Shown here: positions 42,901 through 49,553 of the stretch, one piece after another
How the letters are laid out: each line of letters begins with the position of its first letter
How positions within the stretch are numbered: the stretch's first letter is position 1
Assembly: GCA_033977065.1 (NCBI GenBank)
Contig: JAXCHI010000003.1
Location: 288,001-352,000 of the forward strand
Source of the DNA: Candidatus Algichlamydia australiensis
GTDB lineage: Bacteria; Chlamydiota; Chlamydiia; Chlamydiales; JAJFMI01
Direction of reading: 5' to 3'
DNA: 64,000 nt
Notes under the pieces: model-generated
The model's database searches: none
What the model was told of the DNA's origin: nothing
What the model saw: only the letters and a program-made list of their open reading frames with translations
Position numbers and translations under genes: made by a program

Positions 42901-45900
42901 TCTTCAACAAACAGTGGTCGATTAGAGGATTGCGGATTTTCTACAAAAGGAAGGCGTTCCCTATTTAGAAAGTCTATCCTAGCCTGAAAACGAGCCTCGA
43001 AAAATCTCTTTGTCGGAGGAACCGCAACTTTCCAACCAGTTGAAGAATTCCATTTTTGGGTTTTGCGTCTCCAGTTTTTTGCAATAGAAAACGCTCTTTT
43101 AAACCCATTAAAATCATTTTTATACAAATGTTCAAAGAGAAATTTTCTAGACCTAAAGTGCAGATCGCCTGTGAAAGAGAGATCTACCAATATGGTCTTA
43201 ATTCGATTATCTAAGCGCGACCAATTTACAGCTTTAGTTTTGTAAGCAGACGTATAAACTGGATGATTGCACATCAGTATCACATCGCTCTCATAGCAAG
43301 CAAAGGCAAGATCAAATAAATCTTGTTGCTGAGCAGTGTCTAGCGTAGGAAAGTCTGTATCGGCGCTCGCACCGAACAAATGATCATACGCCTCCCTTCC
43401 TACCTTTTCCTTAGCAGCAACGATCTTATCTATCTGCTCAACTGAAAGCCCTAGCGTCTCAAAATACTTCCTCAACTCCAAATCGGGCCGCACGATTTCG
43501 GCTTTACTCTCAGGGACAACTCCAGGATACTTACCTTCTACTCTTAACCCAAGTTTCTCCGCTTTATAGCAGTGACGCGTGCGAATGTTGAAACCGCGGC
43601 CAATTGTAATTCCGGTACGACTCTGATCAAGACTCTCAGGAACGTATGCCCTTTCCAAGCTTGGTACTTCATCGCAAGACTCGCCATCAGGACAGTAATG
43701 AATCCGATTCAACTCCTGCCCAATGCTAAAATTTCCAGATAGAGATATTGCAAGACGAGGTTTTTCTCCTATGTCGTCATGACCTGTCAAAGCGCTTATT
43801 CTCGTGCGGAAACGCCCAGGGGCCTCGGCAAAAATTTCAGGAAATGATTCGGGGTTTTCAATAATCGCCTTAAACGCATTATAAGAGCTCTCATCCCCTC
43901 TCTTGCTATTATTAAAAATTGCTAGATGGAGAGCTTCAAGGGCAAGGTAGGGTACACTGCCCTCTTCATATACATCTTTCTTATCAAAAAAATCGCCCCT
44001 GTACCAAAAATCGACTAAAACAGCTCGAATACGTGGGTCTAGACGTTTCCAATTTACTACACCATCAAAAATAGAGGAACCGATAGAGTTCTCAGAATAT
44101 ACCCAGCTCACAACTTTTGCCTCATTAATGGCATAAGTAATTTCAAAAAGCTTTTTTTGAACTCTCTTTGAAATTTTGAAAGATTCTAAAACCTCATGAT
44201 TATCTTTCCAGTGTAGATAAGCCGCATTTCTGCTACTCTCTTCCGCTGTATCACTCCCCAACTTTCCTGCAGCCTTTTTGAGCTCTCTAATGAGCCCAGC
44301 TCGAACACCTGCGCTTGATAGATGTAATTGAATCTCATCTTCTGTGTGTCTACCAACGTCATACCCCCTACCAATCATAATCCCAGATCCAGTATTCAGA
44401 TCAATGTGAGGTTTTAAAGTACGCTCATCACCTCCAGTTCCTTCACAATCAAACGTGAGCTGCCCGTAAGGAACCTTGTCATATACAGGAGTCGTGCCTT
44501 CAAGGTAGGCGATCCGTTGCTCAAAACGCTCTTCCCATATATGTTCTTTCCCCTCGCAAATCTCCCAAGATCCCCATTCTTCAAGTGCATTTGTCAACCC
44601 TGAAATGTCGTTTTCTGACACGTAAGGTAAAAGATTGTCTAATACTTCATCATTATCAAAATGTCCTGTGAAATTTAAATCTACTAAAATGGTTTTAATT
44701 TTTTTATCGATTCTATACCAATTAAAACCACCATACTTATTAAGATTACTATCTAAAAAAAGCACTCGCAAAACATCGGCTTCGTAAGCAGGATAAATAA
44801 TATCAAAAAGCTTTCTCTCTTGGGTCGAATTTATTGCCCCCAGAACATCTTTTTTTTGCTCTAGATATGTAGCAGCGGCATTTCCTCTTTTAGGCACCGC
44901 GCCTACAAACGCCTCAAGCTGAGCCCCCGCTAAGCTTAAGTATTCTAAATGCCTTCTCACTTCTGGCTTTTTCATTAGTGAGCTATACCCCTCACCTTTG
45001 ACAAAGCACTTTCTCTTCCCTAAGGTGAACCCCTTTCCTATCACAAGCCCGTAACTGGGATCTTCGTACATTTTTGGTTGCAAATTAGAAGGTTCACATC
45101 TATAGGTAAACTCTCGATCAGGTGGATTTGCGTTCGGATTGCCCTCAAACTCAACTTCAAGGGTGTCGATAGAGCTCGCGTAATCCCTTCTGCTCTTAAA
45201 ACGCGCGTGGTATCCCTTTATCCTGTCATCTTCAATGGTTTCTCCTGGCTGCATCGGACCACCAGGAATTAACAGCTTCCAAAAATCCCAGTCAGCCATA
45301 GCCTCTTTAAATAGAGTCAACTTTCCATTAGGATCAATATTCAGATTAGTAATAGTTGCTTGAAGATGGGCGCGCGTATCTCCATAAGGACCGGAAGCAC
45401 CTCTGTAAACGCCTAAATACACCATATCCATCAAAGAATCTTTTACCTTTTGGTGGAGATGAGTCCAATCAACAACCCCATAAGCTTTTACAACATCGGG
45501 TTTAAAACAAATACGCAGCAGAATCGCAAAGTATGATGGATAAATGATTTCAAATAAAAGCTTCTGTTGATTTGGTGTGATGGGTTTCATGTTGCTACTC
45601 AGAACTGCGCAAGCCGCCGAGCCCATCTTTCCAGCCGCAACTTTAAAAGCATTAGCATGCGAATGGGAAAGGCCAGCAGAGCGTAAAGTTTTATAAACTT
45701 CGTCCTCCGACCTCTTTTTTAGGTCATATCCTCTGCCGATAGTTAAACCAGATGTTGCACCTGGAACATGAGCAATGCGGCTTTGAAGACTCCGAACATC
45801 TGACTCTTTCCCTTCCCAATCGAAGGTAAACTGTCCTTCCGGAACAACAAAATCGGGGTTACCCTCTGTTTCGCGTTTCACAAAAGGATTAAGTTGATCT

Positions 45901-45923
45901 CTACAGTGAGTAGGCATCCTCAA
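33930..45923 (-). CDS. Giant protein (3997 aa) with four N-terminal pesticin-like muramidase domains
   Basis: Repeats of GQxTFDxEG...SG(L/I)TIGRGYD...Q..LF...Y...W..L...I...LVD..(Y/F).G...RF..R in aa ~26-990, an acidic linker, then a glycine-rich beta region. Confidence 0.88.
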   Translation of the reverse strand: MRMPTHCRDQLNPFVKRETEGNPDFVVPEGQFTFDWEGKESDVRSLQSRIAHVPGATSGLTIGRGYDLKKRSEDEVYKTLRSAGLSHSHANAFKVAAGKMGSAACAVLSSNMKPITPNQQKLLFEIIYPSYFAILLRICFKPDVVKAYGVVDWTHLHQKVKDSLMDMVYLGVYRGASGPYGDTRAHLQATITNLNIDPNGKLTLFKEAMADWDFWKLLIPGGPMQPGETIEDDRIKGYHARFKSRRDYASSIDTLEVEFEGNPNANPPDREFTYRCEPSNLQPKMYEDPSYGLVIGKGFTLGKRKCFVKGEGYSSLMKKPEVRRHLEYLSLAGAQLEAFVGAVPKRGNAAATYLEQKKDVLGAINSTQERKLFDIIYPAYEADVLRVLFLDSNLNKYGGFNWYRIDKKIKTILVDLNFTGHFDNDEVLDNLLPYVSENDISGLTNALEEWGSWEICEGKEHIWEERFEQRIAYLEGTTPVYDKVPYGQLTFDCEGTGGDERTLKPHIDLNTGSGIMIGRGYDVGRHTEDEIQLHLSSAGVRAGLIRELKKAAGKLGSDTAEESSRNAAYLHWKDNHEVLESFKISKRVQKKLFEITYAINEAKVVSWVYSENSIGSSIFDGVVNWKRLDPRIRAVLVDFWYRGDFFDKKDVYEEGSVPYLALEALHLAIFNNSKRGDESSYNAFKAIIENPESFPEIFAEAPGRFRTRISALTGHDDIGEKPRLAISLSGNFSIGQELNRIHYCPDGESCDEVPSLERAYVPESLDQSRTGITIGRGFNIRTRHCYKAEKLGLRVEGKYPGVVPESKAEIVRPDLELRKYFETLGLSVEQIDKIVAAKEKVGREAYDHLFGASADTDFPTLDTAQQQDLFDLAFACYESDVILMCNHPVYTSAYKTKAVNWSRLDNRIKTILVDLSFTGDLHFRSRKFLFEHLYKNDFNGFKRAFSIAKNWRRKTQKWNSSTGWKVAVPPTKRFFEARFQARIDFLNRERLPFVENPQSSNRPLFVEDEEIKVPRSLSILEPGTLCSVDPITNLIKKTSQMTPEMLELMWKIRENELNEDPYEGESPSEEEEVSEGQEDEFGSLEDKNFDVGDIFFPLPNGSYFIEDGGVSEEPNSVRILLDGAENPVEVGYRLRYRARGEQAYTYTRVKEVRDRASGLIFVDEPIDFDAIEKVPVRFDVPFLLPLNQMEIGNLLGGALPAIDTVISSANKLLDDIAQYARPIFSEDGEEIIGLDLPLKLTLSISRESANKNSGDNQIKKQSFDLFWNVKFEKDGDEWLLSPDSEKFYLQLPKNPSQQLIDFGIFTIVIPKRENHPDTNLIEDRSDAYFDLKKRELGFTFNSLDPVKQESIRLYFPGGMADEVDLSGSPEDISRDIEEAAKKRFLLDLERFDPEEFGFPNSHKSFLRLNPEGISVKAKVTADDVFVDDSDELLSHLKLKPVEESNGVKSCIVIINNTIKEATLFAKMQLPGFKSLEAAVSAGLRQEAPGEMPSVIATINLENSDKSALADLKLDMLQMQLDAIDLYIAWSSQTKKWDFRAFADGQISLSGLSKVIPDLSDLKKLSAIQFKKLNLTELNLPQIDVGLALKEPTKIDILDGLFTCQFDDLDLSWRFDNSGGTLSGSFDCKNCGFRFNSPGVIDVEIRSGELVVEYGEPFRIKTPSSIGITAKVGPAVSFSGELGWVDENNERYFFASGSIKLEGFPEFKALLKMGSLKKYNGESAVNLVIYAEMEIEAELFSGVVVKKIGGGVGVNNRLKAISRTPDEREIIEKIDQIEPQKIRNWTAVKENGPYVSILASAMFASNRGTPDTFNAYVMKLVLSLDSEFNIAAAGKLWLASSVGYVEANDDRPALVGALALSTKQQRLGVELQSRKNPAIESSELLKKVLDKTTTRLAFRLTPDLVDYHLQEISYRDRLLGADMSVSGNYRIAIFRGALLTKAGIQIRGHYHQTFRAGPGGFTCSGNLLFIAGYGGIISSQGIDLYGMVRANLGFQVDAFITIGFRISIRTPWKKYVISFHKTFRVRLARLQLGFHGALALSDKGGLGFDGSVSISVSICGYRLSISPHLSFNTGVISSVRNKISAYERDLDALIERSRSTRVKRRSLLSAGIPIEAREQVKPRAKKWLHYVSLKRSEEEGDLLRHTYIPSPDSLWFTPFRNENEEVNFSEASPYVEDVRKIAVGNLGEVSVTHIAESTQGPEVIKIWLDTFNPDEWQSGIPLILKVALDEEKKYQNIWYVQESHPEEKNLTLALDLPTSGSPESDFSFLDRVALSDEALIFKPKKIFYTPWVDEHVSYFDLETSVNSEIKTVFLESTLDQNYIEEPPELPKTIYDPRVEAPSREFMSQEAQLLPEDVLSAYFNPVADSVDVNSISREELSMVEQFEKYYDRATKQNQGAGLDPDPEEDQVQAKAQITNALIADLNEKSSDNERIFDTGYFRKREGDNSTLEIFGIIDEERADNLIEGRFREDEESIYVQRGDAKRLEEMDLTYPDQESLPSSNLLGNKITLLKIRQDYVASEVQEFGEESGKIVLSLPIKVDIKVFEENKLFEIGSFRLYRRTHKNNELVLVADGIQPKYWKYREREEIERGSASFNGRELSDIEIESDWTKSSDVEVILENNNQLFTLFYDKEKGVLVGKMPDPGLYSYTITLIRREAQYVVEPYLYRDEIAVESKDLGLSKGEGQAYVDYYIEPLPTALMGDTAIKTDPSQLTFWGREYLHIPEKSSFPDQVSIVFSVDSLQNRSEELSGSFYLFQGENQEIWDLDNEDFEIWIKEMPLQQTGFYAGDAEFNEGLGLSEEPTIEKVRKEKLYESVEGKQYIHLSKPQDGRYQITSNGIFRLDCSYQFFIGAKGAKKLIKAQHLLVRSFPDSWEQNVKFKFVNQIEWIPENAFDNVVGRKPEFLFPEEFTANGIYQPLAKRNYIQTDFNSSDLNQGGVEIFHIDHDEPGDIQRQYCEILGKRAFANSRKDFRDPSNWQAPLWSILESQSVQYTEGSSIFVSGELDLIDLYYNQDSEIIQGIITAIDNLVGTLSLEQHSWKLCYESGLLLLLQLGKFEKSPLNINDNSLIEVQEQVEQSLINLFLGTEKKDSLSEITLKLGAIEEELNQDSKEDEEIEGSIERAKDREFARRLLGIIQRRLFVVNDFLAFRSPKELATANGADRHKKKSDILLGLPRWLDLCEEFRDVKVEKHSGKILALFLHDPNVTKKQIDKVKTELIRVLEGFRNSFVHQENKENTYLSALSRVVPLGKTITTHLDGLGAGKKEERIVKGRHHNVLTEATSEDNPTLTPSKSVDIKYFAPNALRINEQEKISIEELYPSQKSFLPFFFNLMDYLGFSADIGIITKEKKSLQQDFLIERINQLNINREDTLPFILRGRSPNSITSTDQVDGYSFVKFAALPRSLFQRERVEMTISGIKDEQNLLIEKDEIEENTYIFEVNLEGGGYKAFHSTKIQEGRETGSWIITLNDKLPIGVTVSQITVYQYNSSNLLRLLEHRGIQFPAEAEGYQKYFGNIAFQLEQFSKYGDPGSIPEIPLERVSQRWMTLPSSGGVSKASWQHPDTFGHRYQVAIRRVSRYEPLINWKLGRHELFPLPEYGDLLSKMQLVRLKPVEYGVKRRNIEQMLPAYNYPHPTKAFFSYQLPSDAARSLKAQIASVRTGYKGYDLVFRHELLEDGKGAAIESILNEMRKSETPIEWERFNLYDEKILRENFDPKIRISDHERLVTLTDLQYYHRYFMSARALYDSETLPIENKEFPIVSAKVEPSNLYTFIPKVSREVGEKSLTYEFTIYLSRHIDNLRPRELVKEPASIKVKLSDGDDSSSPIEFCGRDLPDLSSVYRIYWKVKEGTEGRSRYTLVAALHMPWSDGHGKDEEEFPRLKELSSAFTIVSVGSLEIEPVSESAVPIEFTHVSEGDFYRKERKYFKDYVLDSIQDTSYDPPETLFSYKVQFKLKIAHKDSTDQSLFHDPGRFVLQMKRNQAEASKAEFAVLEEEEVSS

Positions 45924-46759
45924 CCCTCCTCTTCTTCTTCAGATAGCCAAGAGTGGACAGTTGCCCCAGATCCTGGATGCAAACCAATAAAAATTTTGTC
46001 GTCAATCCATTCCCAAACCGCATCTAGGTAGTAAGCGATAGCATTCAGAATCTCTACCAAAGAGAGCGTATCTTCAACACGTATTCGTACAAACTGATGT
46101 TTCAATTCGTGTTCAATGAAAATTTTTCCATGAAAATAACTGAATCTTCCGATTGGCACTGGCTCAGAAGAACCCGGGGGTAAGTCAGTCGCAGGGGTAG
46201 TAAGTTCACTAATTATTTCCAAAAGTTTTTTGCCTCTTGAATTTGTTTCATTTCTTGTATCAAGTACCTTCGGAGCCGTGTCGACACTTAAAAGCGTTCT
46301 GTCTATCGAAATCAGTTCTGGAGGCCTGCTATAGTTGAAGGGTAGAGGTTCACGCCTCTTTATGAACTTTAAAACCGTTTCTGGATCTCTTCCTTGTTGA
46401 CCAGAGTTAAAGTAGATTAGTCTAGGCGAAAGGCCACGTATCCAAGCTGTTTTGAGAACCATATCACTCAAAGTGATTCCTTCAGAATATACCAGGGGAA
46501 GGGGCTCTATCCTCCGCGCACCTAGCTCATCTCCGGGAAGAATGACGACAGGAGAGTAATCATCTCCAGAAGATCTCTCTGGACTCTCATAGAAATACTG
46601 TTTAATTACCTCAGACCAACCGCCATGCAGAAAAAATTGGGAGGCTTGCCAGTACTCTTCTGTAGTAAGCTCCTTTTGAAAACGGTTTAAATGGATTAAT
46701 GACCCTTCAGAGTTTAATCGACTCAAAAGGTCTCTTGGTTGAGAACGGGAAGGACACAT
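45920..46759 (-). CDS. Hypothetical protein with C-terminal STN/secretin-N0-like segment
   Basis: AAGGAG RBS; C-terminus VRIRVEDTLSLVEILNAIAYYLDAVWEWIDDKIFIG; ATGA coupling to the giant gene. Confidence 0.75.
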   Translation of the reverse strand: MCPSRSQPRDLLSRLNSEGSLIHLNRFQKELTTEEYWQASQFFLHGGWSEVIKQYFYESPERSSGDDYSPVVILPGDELGARRIEPLPLVYSEGITLSDMVLKTAWIRGLSPRLIYFNSGQQGRDPETVLKFIKRREPLPFNYSRPPELISIDRTLLSVDTAPKVLDTRNETNSRGKKLLEIISELTTPATDLPPGSSEPVPIGRFSYFHGKIFIEHELKHQFVRIRVEDTLSLVEILNAIAYYLDAVWEWIDDKIFIGLHPGSGATVHSWLSEEEEEG

Positions 46760-46783
46760 AAAATTACTCCTTTATGCTAACCT

Positions 46784-47638
46784 CTACTCCTTGTTGTAGA
46801 TGCGAGCAAATTTACCAAAGTTTTCGCCAGGAATGAGAAGAATTTCATTTCTATCTACCCATTCCCAGATAGTCCCAACGCAGTAGCCGATTGCATCAAG
46901 GAAATCGGTTAAGATTGGGGTCTGAATGAACATTTTTACAAGCGCTCTACTCACAGAGGGATCTGCTGCAATGCGAACTCCTGGAAAAAGTCGAGTGAGC
47001 TCTTCAATAACTTTTTCGATTAGGAGACCCCTTCCTTGAGTGCTTTCTAGAGTATTAATAATTGGAGCTTGCCTCGACCCGCCATATCTTATTTCTGGCA
47101 AACGGGCTGAACTGTCTAAAGCCGGCAATGAGACAGGATTCTTAAGGTAAGGATAAAAGAGTCGATCGATGTAGCAAAATGTAATTGTGGTATGTTTTTC
47201 ATAAGGATCATCGCTGCGTCTATCAACATCGTAAACATGCGAAATCCTGGGTGATAACTTTTTATTGCCAATCGAAGAAAAAGAAATCTCCTCCTGAAAC
47301 ACATTATTCCAAGCAGTGTCGATAAGAGCGTCACCTGCACAGAGAGGATATCGCTCCGAAAAAGAGAAAGGGTGTAAAAGTCGTCCCGCCTCATCATTTT
47401 CAGGGAAAATAATCCTAGTAAAGTATTTTATGTCTCTTTCTCTTCCACCTTGATATGTCCAAGTGTATTCGTCGCCCCAAAGACTTGGGTCTAAACCCCT
47501 AAAACCTTGCCAGCCATTCTCTCCAACCAGCTCTACCAAGTCTTCATAATCATCATCCTCTTCAATCTCTCTTGACAAAGTTACGAGACGCTCAACTCTA
47601 TACTTAAGCTTGTCAGTTAACTCTACTTCATCTCCCAT
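46784..47638 (-). CDS. Hypothetical protein with C-terminal STN/secretin-N0-like segment
   Basis: GGAGG RBS before ATG 47638; C-terminus VIEELTRLFPGVRIAADPSV...LTDFLDAIGYCVGTIWEWVDRNEILL. Confidence 0.75.
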   Translation of the reverse strand: MGDEVELTDKLKYRVERLVTLSREIEEDDDYEDLVELVGENGWQGFRGLDPSLWGDEYTWTYQGGRERDIKYFTRIIFPENDEAGRLLHPFSFSERYPLCAGDALIDTAWNNVFQEEISFSSIGNKKLSPRISHVYDVDRRSDDPYEKHTTITFCYIDRLFYPYLKNPVSLPALDSSARLPEIRYGGSRQAPIINTLESTQGRGLLIEKVIEELTRLFPGVRIAADPSVSRALVKMFIQTPILTDFLDAIGYCVGTIWEWVDRNEILLIPGENFGKFARIYNKE

Positions 47639-47661
47639 AAGGCAGCCTCCCGCTTTGTCTG

Positions 47662-47696
47662 ACACAGGTTTTAAACCCGTGTAAACGTTATGTCAA
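47662..47696 (-). promoter_or_regulatory. Putative promoter with overlapping palindromic operator for the giant-protein operon
   Basis: TTGACA (47696-47691)-N17-TAAAAC; dyad ACACAGGTTT-T-AAACCCGTGT (47662-47682, 9/10 arm match) covers the -10. Confidence 0.6.
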
Positions 47697-47854
47697 GAAA
47701 ATTCGTAATTTTTCTAAAATAAAAAACTACTTAACGCTAAGAAGCGCTAAAAAATTTGAAAGAATTAGGCATTGCAAACATGAAAAATAATCTGATTATA
47801 GCCTTTTGACAACACTATCTAGTAATTTAGACCTGTTTTTAAAAGAGGAAATTA

Positions 47855-49273
47855 TTAAATTTTATTCAAAGAAACTCTTTGCTTCGGACATAAAATTAAT
47901 TCATTGATAATCGGATCTTCGACGCGCGCGCGCCACTCACGCACTTTCTCCACAAAGCCATTAGCTATGATAGAGAATGCCAAAAGCTCTTTATCTTTTG
48001 TAACCAGATACCCAGATATCGAAGAGACACCCGTCATTGTTCCAGTTTTACCTCGAATTCGTGAGCGAAAACGCCCTGTGTCAAAGCGCTTTTTTAACGT
48101 TCCATCAACACCGCCAATACTTAAGGCTGCCTTGAACTCCTCCGCATAAGGAGACTCGTCATGCACCCATTGCAAAAGAGAGACGAAGTGGCTTGGGGAA
48201 GCAAGGTTATAGCGCGAAAGACCAGAGCCATCTAAAACGACAAAGTCTTCCATCTGGCTAGATAGCTTCTCTTGCAAAAAGTTACGTACCTGACGCGATC
48301 CGCTCTGCCAACTCCCTTGGCCCCTCTTTGCTCCTAGTTGTTTGAACAGACTATCTGCATAGTAGTTATCGGAATCTTTTAACATCTTCTTCGAAAGGTC
48401 AGCAAGAGAAGCGGAGGATTGCACAGCAAGAGCTGTGGTGTTTCGTGGACTACTTTCAAATTTTATTCTTCCCTGTAACAAAATTCCCTGCTTCTTCAAC
48501 TCATCAGAAAACGCCATCGCCGCATGTCTCGTGGGATCAACAGCCGGCACCTTATAAATTCTTGGCGCCTCATCTGCTATAACAGAGCCTTCAACAACGA
48601 CACTCTTTCCCAAACTGGACAGAGGCCTCTCAACTGAAATTTCACTTTTCTTTCCTTGAATCGTCTTCGCGCGATTTTGAATTGTCACCTCTTCACCAGA
48701 GTTGAGAATGCGCACAGTAGGCGCCTTTCCCACCTCACCGGCTTCCACCGCCAAGACGATTCTTGAATGATCGATATTCAAGCCTCCAAGAGGAGGGTTC
48801 CAACTTGTTGGACTATCATCCCACATCCAACCGGGAGCGCACGCAATCTCATCATAACAACCCGCATCTACAATCAGATCTCCGCGAATCACCTCGATAT
48901 TCTTAGATTTCAAAACTTCAACAAACTCTTGGAAATGATAGCGCTTCAAAGAGGGATCACCTCCCCCAACCAGCACAAGATCTCCAGAAAGAGCACTTCC
49001 CTCAATCTTGCCCCGCATACGCATCTCCGTCTTAAACTGAAAATCGACACCTAGCTGATCAAGACCCGCGGCTACAGTAAACAATTTAGCGGTACTTGCT
49101 GGAACAAAGCGCAAATGGCGGTTGCGCTCATAGACCACTCTGCCATCGGATAGGGAAACAACCAAAATCCCCACTTGGGCATTTTCTTGTCCTAAAATCG
49201 CATCGATATTTTCTCGATACCCCGCAAAGAGCGAAACAAAACAAAAAACTGTAAGAGAAAGTAGAACCCTCAT
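47855..49273 (-). CDS. dacB: D-alanyl-D-alanine carboxypeptidase/endopeptidase (PBP4, peptidase S13)
   Basis: Signal peptide, PASTAK (SxxK), GGGDP, SDN, DGSGLSRYN, KTG. Confidence 0.95.
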   Translation of the reverse strand: MRVLLSLTVFCFVSLFAGYRENIDAILGQENAQVGILVVSLSDGRVVYERNRHLRFVPASTAKLFTVAAGLDQLGVDFQFKTEMRMRGKIEGSALSGDLVLVGGGDPSLKRYHFQEFVEVLKSKNIEVIRGDLIVDAGCYDEIACAPGWMWDDSPTSWNPPLGGLNIDHSRIVLAVEAGEVGKAPTVRILNSGEEVTIQNRAKTIQGKKSEISVERPLSSLGKSVVVEGSVIADEAPRIYKVPAVDPTRHAAMAFSDELKKQGILLQGRIKFESSPRNTTALAVQSSASLADLSKKMLKDSDNYYADSLFKQLGAKRGQGSWQSGSRQVRNFLQEKLSSQMEDFVVLDGSGLSRYNLASPSHFVSLLQWVHDESPYAEEFKAALSIGGVDGTLKKRFDTGRFRSRIRGKTGTMTGVSSISGYLVTKDKELLAFSIIANGFVEKVREWRARVEDPIINELILCPKQRVSLNKI

Positions 49274-49553
49274 ACCGCTAAGGGTAGGTTATCAAGAGAA
49301 ATAAAAAAACCTTCTTAAGAGAAAAATCTTCTAAAAAAACTATTGCAGGCTGCTATCAACTTGTGTTTTAGCAACATACTGTAATCGCGCAGAGCTTAAG
49401 AAAAAAGTTACTCCTCAAGAACGCAATAGTATAAACTCTGCAATTTTAAACCGATCTCTATAGGACCAAAACCAAAGCGTAACTCTAATAATTATTGTAA
49501 AAAAACAAACAAAAAGTAAAAATACTGTTAACCAATTCAAAAGGGAGAGAAAA

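Noticed and set aside
26190..47638. Prophage, T6SS or eCIS assignment for the giant operon
   Set aside because: No recognisable capsid, terminase, sheath, tube, baseplate, VgrG, PAAR or Rhs/YD motifs.
47855..49273. dacB as part of, or immunity for, the muramidase operon
   Set aside because: Ordinary housekeeping PBP4, separated by an intergenic region with its own promoter-like site; adjacency alone is insufficient.
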